Below are positions 58,061 through 64,000 of a DNA stretch of 64,000 bases, in pieces (positions within the stretch are counted from its first letter, which is position 1; each line of letters starts with the position of its first letter). This DNA is from an uncultured delta proteobacterium (lineage in GTDB: Bacteria; Myxococcota_A; UBA9160; UBA4427), in contig CAWGJT010000005.1 of NCBI GenBank assembly GCA_963822965.1, forward strand, positions 640,001-704,000, given 5' to 3'. The translations under genes and the position numbers were made by a program. The notes under the pieces were generated by a model. That model worked only from the letters and a program-made list of their open reading frames with translations, was not told where the DNA came from and ran no database searches.

Positions 58061-59787
58061 CCCGAGCCCGGAACCACGGGCGACTCCAGGGCCGCCATCC
58101 GGTATCCCCCGATCATCGCCAGGGCGACGCTGCCCGGGCTGATGGGCTCGGGGTCGGTCATGACGTTGATGCAGGCAGGACGCCCGGATTCGAACGCTTC
58201 GGCGAGGGCCGGGACGATGTCTTCGGGCCGCTCGACCTCGAGGCCGCAGCCGCCCAGAGCCGACACCAGCAGGTGGTACGGAACGCGGCCGATCTCGGAG
58301 CCCTCGTCGATGGAGTGGCCGAGCTTCATGCGCTGGCTGTGGCGGATCATCCCCCAACCCAGGTCGTTGGAGATGACGCTGACGAAGGGGATCCGCTTGC
58401 GGACCGCCGTCTGGTACTCCATGAAGTTGAAGCCGACGGATCCGTCGCCCGTCACCAGGCAGACGCGGCGGTCGGGATGGCGCAGCTTGGCGGCGGCCGC
58501 GTACGGAAGCCCCACGCCCAGGCAGCCGTAGAGACCCGAATCCAGATAGGTGCCCGCGCGGCGCACGGTGCGGGTCATGCCCATCCACACCTGGGTGTCG
58601 CCGCCGTCCGCGACCACGATGTCGTCGTCGCGGTCCATGAAGGCGTCCACCGCGGCCGCCAGGCGCATGGGGTGGATGGGCACGGCCGCGCTCTCCCACT
58701 GGGGGGCGGCCCCGGCGCGCGCCTCGCCCTCCTTCTTCTTCAGGAAGGCCACCCACTCGCTGAAGCGCGCTGGAAGACCGGCGTCGGCGCCCTCCGCGTC
58801 GAGAACGCGGTTGCATTCCTCGAGCAGCGAGCGGATGTCGCTCACGACGGGCAGGTCCACCGAGCGGTTCCGGCCGATCTCCTCGGCCTCCGTGTCCACC
58901 TGCACGATCCGCGCGTCCCGCGCGAAGAGGTCGCCGAACGCGTAGTAGAGGCTGATGCGATTGCCGAGCATCACCAGCAGGTCGGCCCCCGAGTCCGCCG
59001 CCGATCCGGCGCCGGGCCGCAGCGGCAACGACGACTCGAAGCAGAGCGGGTGCGTGTCGGAGACGAGCCCTCGGCCCAGGGTCGACGTGAAGACCGGAAT
59101 CCCGGTGCGCTCCACCAGCCGCACGAGGGCATCGCCCGCGTCGGAGTAGTAGGCACCGCTGCCGGCGATCAGCACCGGACGCTCGGCCCCGCACAGCCAC
59201 TCGATCAGGGTGCGGGCACGCCCGACGTCCACGTGCCGGGCCTCCACCAGGGTGCACGTGTGCTTCACGCACGCCTCGTCCACCTCGCTGGCGAGGACGT
59301 CCACCGGAAGCTCGAGATAGACGGGTCCCGGACGCCCGCTCATGGCGGCGCGGTACGCCAGGTCCACGAACTCGGGAATGCGCTCCGGGGTGTGGCAGAC
59401 CAGCGCCTTCTTCACCATCGGCTCGATCACCGGCAGCTGGCGCATGTCCTGCAGGTCGAGCTTCTCCGCCGCGCCCACCCCCACGACGCCCGAGATCAGC
59501 AGCAGCGGCGAGTTGGCGAGCCGCGCATTGGCGACGGCCGACAGGGCGTTGGTGAAGCCCGGCCCCGCGGTCACCAACGCGACGCCCGGGCGCCGGCCGA
59601 GCCGCCCCCAGGCTTCGGCCATGAAGACCGCCGCCTGCTCGTGGCGCGTGGTGAAGAGCTCGATCGGGGAGGATTCCAGGTGGAGATAGATGGGGTTGAT
59701 GTGGCCGCCCGAGACGCTGAAGACCTTCTCGACCCCGCGCTGCTCCAGCGCCTCCACCACCAGCCGGCCACCGCTCACGCCTGCCAT
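58057..59787 (-). CDS. ThDP-dependent enzyme (IlvB-like / 2-hydroxyacyl-CoA lyase / benzaldehyde lyase branch)
   Basis: SGGH, TRHEQAA.FMAE, TAGPGFTN, GCLGVG, GDGS.GF...N..WGM. Confidence 0.9.
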   Translation of the reverse strand: MAGVSGGRLVVEALEQRGVEKVFSVSGGHINPIYLHLESSPIELFTTRHEQAAVFMAEAWGRLGRRPGVALVTAGPGFTNALSAVANARLANSPLLLISGVVGVGAAEKLDLQDMRQLPVIEPMVKKALVCHTPERIPEFVDLAYRAAMSGRPGPVYLELPVDVLASEVDEACVKHTCTLVEARHVDVGRARTLIEWLCGAERPVLIAGSGAYYSDAGDALVRLVERTGIPVFTSTLGRGLVSDTHPLCFESSLPLRPGAGSAADSGADLLVMLGNRISLYYAFGDLFARDARIVQVDTEAEEIGRNRSVDLPVVSDIRSLLEECNRVLDAEGADAGLPARFSEWVAFLKKKEGEARAGAAPQWESAAVPIHPMRLAAAVDAFMDRDDDIVVADGGDTQVWMGMTRTVRRAGTYLDSGLYGCLGVGLPYAAAAKLRHPDRRVCLVTGDGSVGFNFMEYQTAVRKRIPFVSVISNDLGWGMIRHSQRMKLGHSIDEGSEIGRVPYHLLVSALGGCGLEVERPEDIVPALAEAFESGRPACINVMTDPEPISPGSVALAMIGGYRMAALESPVVPGSG

Positions 59788-59815
59788 CGCAGCCTCCTTC
59801 CTCCTCGCGCCACCG

Positions 59816-60662
59816 TCAACGCGAGTAGCCGCCGGTCACGGCGATCGCCTGACCGACGACGTAGTCCGAGCGCGGAGACGCCAGGAAGACGCACACCTGC
59901 GCCACGTCCTCGGGCGTCTCGAAGCGCCCACTCGGGATCTTCTTCAGCAGCTCGGCGCGGATCTCGTCCACCGACAGGCCCTGGAGCCCCGCCAGGAATC
60001 CGTACTGCTCGAAGCCGAGGTCGGTGTCGACGAGGCCCGGGCAGATGGCGTTGACCTGGATGTCGAAGGGCGCGAGCTCGGCACCGAGCACCTGGGTGAG
60101 TCCGACCAACGCGTGCTTGCTGGCGGCGTAGGCGCCGTAACGCGCCCCCGACTGGAGACCGGCCATGGACGCCATCATCACCACCTTGCCGCCACCCCGG
60201 GCCCGGAGGTGCGGAAGCGCCGCCTGGGTGCACAGGAAGGGGCCCTTCGCATTCACGGCCATGGTCTTGTCCCAGGCCGCCTCGCTGATGATCGGGAGAT
60301 CGCCGACGCCCACCGCGCAGCCGGCGTTGTTGACCAGGATGTCCAGGCCGCCGAAGCGGGAGACGGTCTCGCTGGACGAGCGCTTCCACCGACGCCTTGT
60401 CGGTCACGTCGCAGCGCACGGGGTGGGCGCACCCGCCCGCGGCCCGGATCGCGGAGGCGGCGCGATCCAGATCGTCCCACGTCCCGACACCGTGGAGCGC
60501 GATCTCCGGCTCGAACGGCCGGCACACGTCCGAGACCACCACCGCGGCGCCTTCCGCCGCCAGGGCCGCAGCGCACGCGCGGCCGATTCCGCGCGGTCGG
60601 CCGCAGCCCGTGACGATCGCCACCTTGCCGTCCAGCTCGCCCACGCCCGGTGTCCCTCGCAT
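59816..60662 (-). CDS. Short-chain dehydrogenase/reductase; frameshift near 60370
   Basis: GKVAIVTG....RGIG, LVNNAG, YAASK, VNAICPG, PEDVA....FLAS. Confidence 0.9.
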
Positions 60663-60889
60663 CCGACTCCCCCTTCCCGGCAACGCAAGGGGCGTGCCGC
60701 GTGGGGCTCGCCACGAGCGACGTGCCGCGCTGGGCGCGGGGCGACCTGCCCCAGAGGCCTTCGAGCTGGGGCAGGCCGGGTACCCGCCCGAAGCGGCCGC
60801 GGCCCCTTCCGTGCCCTCGCCTCCCCTCAATGGGGGAGGCCGGCAATCGACACCTCGAGCCCGGTCTGGACCACAATCCTCCTGACGCC

Positions 60890-61729
60890 ATGACCTGCTC
60901 TTCCAAACCTTCCGTCGGACACGCACCGGGCCCGTGGTCGAGATTCCGGCCGCTGGGCCTCGCCCTCGCGCTCGCGCTGATGGCGCCCACGGCCGAGGCT
61001 CTGCTGATCGCGCCGTTCGGCCCGAACGGCGAGGGGGGCGACGTGAACGGCCAGCTCTTCGCCCTGGGCGGAGGGGGTCGCGTGCACGAGCTGGACGCCT
61101 TCGTCGCGCTGGCGGGCCAGGACCTGAACGGCGCGACCTCGGGGGTGGCGGCCCGGCTCTCTCAGGACGCGCCGCCGGCAGACCTCGGCTACGCGTTCGA
61201 CGCGGTGCTCTTCGGCACGGGCGGCGTCCGGCTGCGCTACGAGCTCTCGAACCAGGGCGCGACCCCGCTGCCCGCCCTCACCTTCCTGTCCTTCCTCGAC
61301 GCCGAGATCGTCGAGACCGACAACACCTTCTTCGACGAATTCGCCGCGGTGAGCGGTGCGCCGGCCCCCGGCCAGAGCTTCGAGGTGGACGAGCCGGGCT
61401 TCGTCTCCGGCGACCTCTTCGACCACCTGCTGCTGGCGATGCTGGACGACACCAACGCGCGCACGGCCGCGAGCCCGGACGACGTGGCCATGGCGTTGGG
61501 ATTCTCTCTGGGAGTGCTGCAGCCGGGCGCGGCCGCCGTGATCGACATCGTGATCTCCGAGGCGGGAGATTCCCTGAGCGGCGTCCGGATCGACCAGTTC
61601 GATCCGAGCGACGCCACGGTCATCACCTATTCGGGGGAAGCGGCGCGGGTCCCGGAGCCGGCAACCTCCGCGCTGCTGGGGTTGGGCCTCGCGGTGGCGC
61701 TGGCAGCGAGGCGACCCACCCGGCGCTGA
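60890..61729 (+). CDS. PEP-CTERM sorting domain protein
   Basis: Signal peptide ending AEA; acidic mature domain; C-terminal VPEPATSALLGLGLAVALAARR. Confidence 0.85.
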   Translation: MTCSSKPSVGHAPGPWSRFRPLGLALALALMAPTAEALLIAPFGPNGEGGDVNGQLFALGGGGRVHELDAFVALAGQDLNGATSGVAARLSQDAPPADLGYAFDAVLFGTGGVRLRYELSNQGATPLPALTFLSFLDAEIVETDNTFFDEFAAVSGAPAPGQSFEVDEPGFVSGDLFDHLLLAMLDDTNARTAASPDDVAMALGFSLGVLQPGAAAVIDIVISEAGDSLSGVRIDQFDPSDATVITYSGEAARVPEPATSALLGLGLAVALAARRPTRR

Positions 61730-61761
61730 CCACCGGGGACCGCCGGCGCAGAGGAGGACCG

Positions 61762-64000
61762 ATGGGAGCGAGTCGCCGCCCCTCGCCCCTGCTCGCCGCG
61801 GCCGTGCTCGCGGCCCTCGGACTCCTGGCCTCGCCGTCCGTGCAGGCCCAGCAGGAGGAGATCTTCTGGGACGGGAGCGACGTGCCGGACGGGATCTTCT
61901 ACGAGCTGGTCGGACCCGCCGCCTTCTCCTCGACCTACAACCCGCGGATGGCCATCGGCCGACAGGACTGCCGGCTCGGCTACACCTCGGGCTCCGCGCC
62001 GCCGGGCCCGAAGGCTGCGAGCTTCCCGGTGGAGTACGGCGCGCCGCCCGTCTGGAAGAGCTACGACATCGACCTCTCCCGCTACTCGGGACAGGCCATC
62101 GCCGTCCGCTTCGGCTTCGACACCATCGACGGCTTCTTCAACCGGCACGAAGGGGTCTTCGTCGACGACATCGAGATCGGACCGCTCGCCCACCCCGTCG
62201 ATCCCAGCGACCCGGACTCCACCCTGTTCGTCAACGGCGCCGAGACCGACGTCGAGCGCGCGTGGATGCTGGCCTGGAACACCAACGGGGTGGAGCCCGG
62301 CTGGCACCCCACCACGCGCCGCCACGCGGGAGGGGGGTGGAGCTGGTGGTACGGCGACGAGCTGACGGGCACCTACGAGGGACAGCCCGATCCCACACCG
62401 GGGAACGACGACCTGCCGCCCCTGGGCTACAACCCGGGCTTCGAGGACGACGGCTGCAACGACGCACCCAGCGCGGGCGTGCTGCTCACGCCGGTGCTCG
62501 AGATGGGCGAGAGCCCGCACCTGCGATTCAGCGCGCTCTGGGACACCGAGAGCGTTCTCGCCGCCTTCGACAACCTCGTGATCCAGATCGCGCGCGACAC
62601 GGACAAGGACGGCCTGCTGGACGTGTGGGAGGTGCGCGGCCTCGACCTGAACCTCGACGGCCAGCCCGACGTCCGGCTGACCGACCTGCACCCGGTGCCG
62701 CCGGACCGCAACCACAAGGACGTGTATGTGGAGATCGACTGCATGCCGGGACGCTGTCCCGCGCAGGCGGTGATCGACCAGGCCGCCGAGGTGATGCGCG
62801 GAATGCCGCTCCTGAGCCCCGACCAGGGCTTCGGCATCGAGCTCCACGCCTACCAGAGCGACACCGCCCTGCCCGTCCAGCCCCTGACCCAGCTCGACGG
62901 GCCCACCTTCCGACGATCTGAAGGAGACCTACTTCCGCGACTATCTGCGCTGCTGCGTGCACTACTCGGTGTGGGGCATCCAGGCGGGCGAGATCCTCAC
63001 CTCGGACGTCGATCCTCCCCTCATCCCCTCCAGCGCGGTGGGCGTCGCCGTTCGACCGGGGGTCGACCTCCTCGTCACCCACAGCCCCGCCACCGTGGTG
63101 GGCACCCCGAAGCAGCAGGCCGCGACCCTCCTGCACGAGCTCGGGCACAACTGGAACCTGGATCACGGCGGGAACGAGGAGCGCAACCACAAGCCCCACT
63201 ACCTGAGCCTGATGAACTACCTGTACAGCGACGACGGTGTCCCCACCGCCGAGCTGGGCGACCCCGTCCTGCGCTTCTCCTACGAGACCCTGGGGCCCAT
63301 CGTGGAGCGCAACCTGCTGGAGAAGCCGCCGGTGCCCGGCGTCTTCGGGCCGGTGCCCGGCGGGCAGAACGTGACGCCCTACGCATTCCTGTGGATCTGC
63401 CCCGACCGCAAGGCGCGATCCGTTGGCTGGGACTTCCAGCTCAGCCTGGACATCGGTGTGAACTGGAACTGTACGCCGCTCGGGCCCGACCAGACCGTCG
63501 CGGACCTGATGTCCGACGGCCCGGTGCAGTCGGACGTGAACGGTGACGGGCGCAAGACCCGACTCGACGGCAGCAACGACCTGACCCGGATCGATCTCGT
63601 CTTCGGAGACACGACGGGATTCGTGGCGGCGAAGGTGCCGGACACCCCGGACGCCCTCCTTCCGGAGGAGATGTCGGCTCCGGAGCGGCGGCGGCTGCGC
63701 GGCGAGCCCGATGCGGACCGCAAGCGCCCCCGGGTCACCGTGACGTCGGGACTCGTCGGCGCCGGCGGCAACCCCGCCGTGCGCCTGGACCTGGAGGACC
63801 CTGCGGCGTCGGACGGCTCCGAACGCAGCGGCCTGCGCGCGGTGGAGGTGGAAGGCGACAACGTCGAGCCCGAGCTCCGGCGCTATCCCGAGCTGCCGCC
63901 CACCTGGGTGGAGAGCCTCGAGATCGAGTCCAACGACGGCGCCGAGCCCGTCTTCGTGGCCTTCGTACGCGACGTGGCGGGGAACGTCACGCGCGTGCAG
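61762..64000 (+). CDS. Large secreted metzincin-type zinc metalloprotease, 3'-truncated; frameshift near 62910
   Basis: Signal peptide; beta-sandwich region (GVFVDDI); DTDKDGLLDVWE; KDVYVEID; after the shift HELGHNWNLDH (63134-63166) and Met-turn SLMNY; frame stays open to the window end. Confidence 0.8.

Noticed and set aside
6983..59272. Many long overlapping or antisense ORFs rich in Arg/Gly/Pro/Ala (e.g. 6983..10000, 25987..28740, 40972..44133)
   Set aside because: Shadow ORFs expected at very high GC; they overlap well-supported genes and lack motifs.
60863..60873. GGTCTGGACC as another FadR operator
   Set aside because: Spacing differs from TGGTCnGACCA and it is a single short site.
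2487..63000. Frameshifts in polB, the FadE28-like gene, E2, porin, TM-MORN, the ECR-like gene, RND, carboxylesterase, SDR and the metalloprotease as pseudogenes or programmed frameshifts
   Set aside because: They are single-base indels in GC runs scattered over unrelated genes with intact motifs and no in-frame nonsense codons, densest at 43950-46300. This pattern fits long-read consensus error; read polishing would decide.

Overview
Very GC-rich, gene-dense bacterial chromosomal window. PEP-CTERM proteins, outer-membrane barrels and many lipid/steroid catabolic genes suggest a Gram-negative Myxococcota/Deltaproteobacteria-like genome; this taxonomy is inferred. No rRNA, tRNA, CRISPR array, transposase or phage gene is visible. 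About a dozen otherwise intact genes carry single-base frameshifts, most likely long-read consensus errors. Main content: DNA polymerase II; an igr-like steroid side-chain operon (FadE29-like, DUF35, FadE28-like, Ltp2) behind an exact KstR-type operator; a porin / FMN-binding protein / His-rich membrane protein / ApbE flavinylation operon behind Fur-like boxes; a selenocysteine-encoding selD (in-frame TGA plus candidate SECIS); a FadR regulator with twin operators beside a ferritin-like diiron enzyme; a divergent crotonyl-CoA carboxylase/reductase homologue; an RND pump; a VKOR-DsbA fusion; many hydrolases; and secreted PEP-CTERM/metalloprotease proteins. Non-coding signals include two candidate small RNAs bounded by promoter and terminator, three tandem-repeat arrays (one copied from a gene's own stop-codon region), a recurring sigma28-like promoter and several leaderless genes. 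Family calls come from motif recognition by eye; no database search was run.
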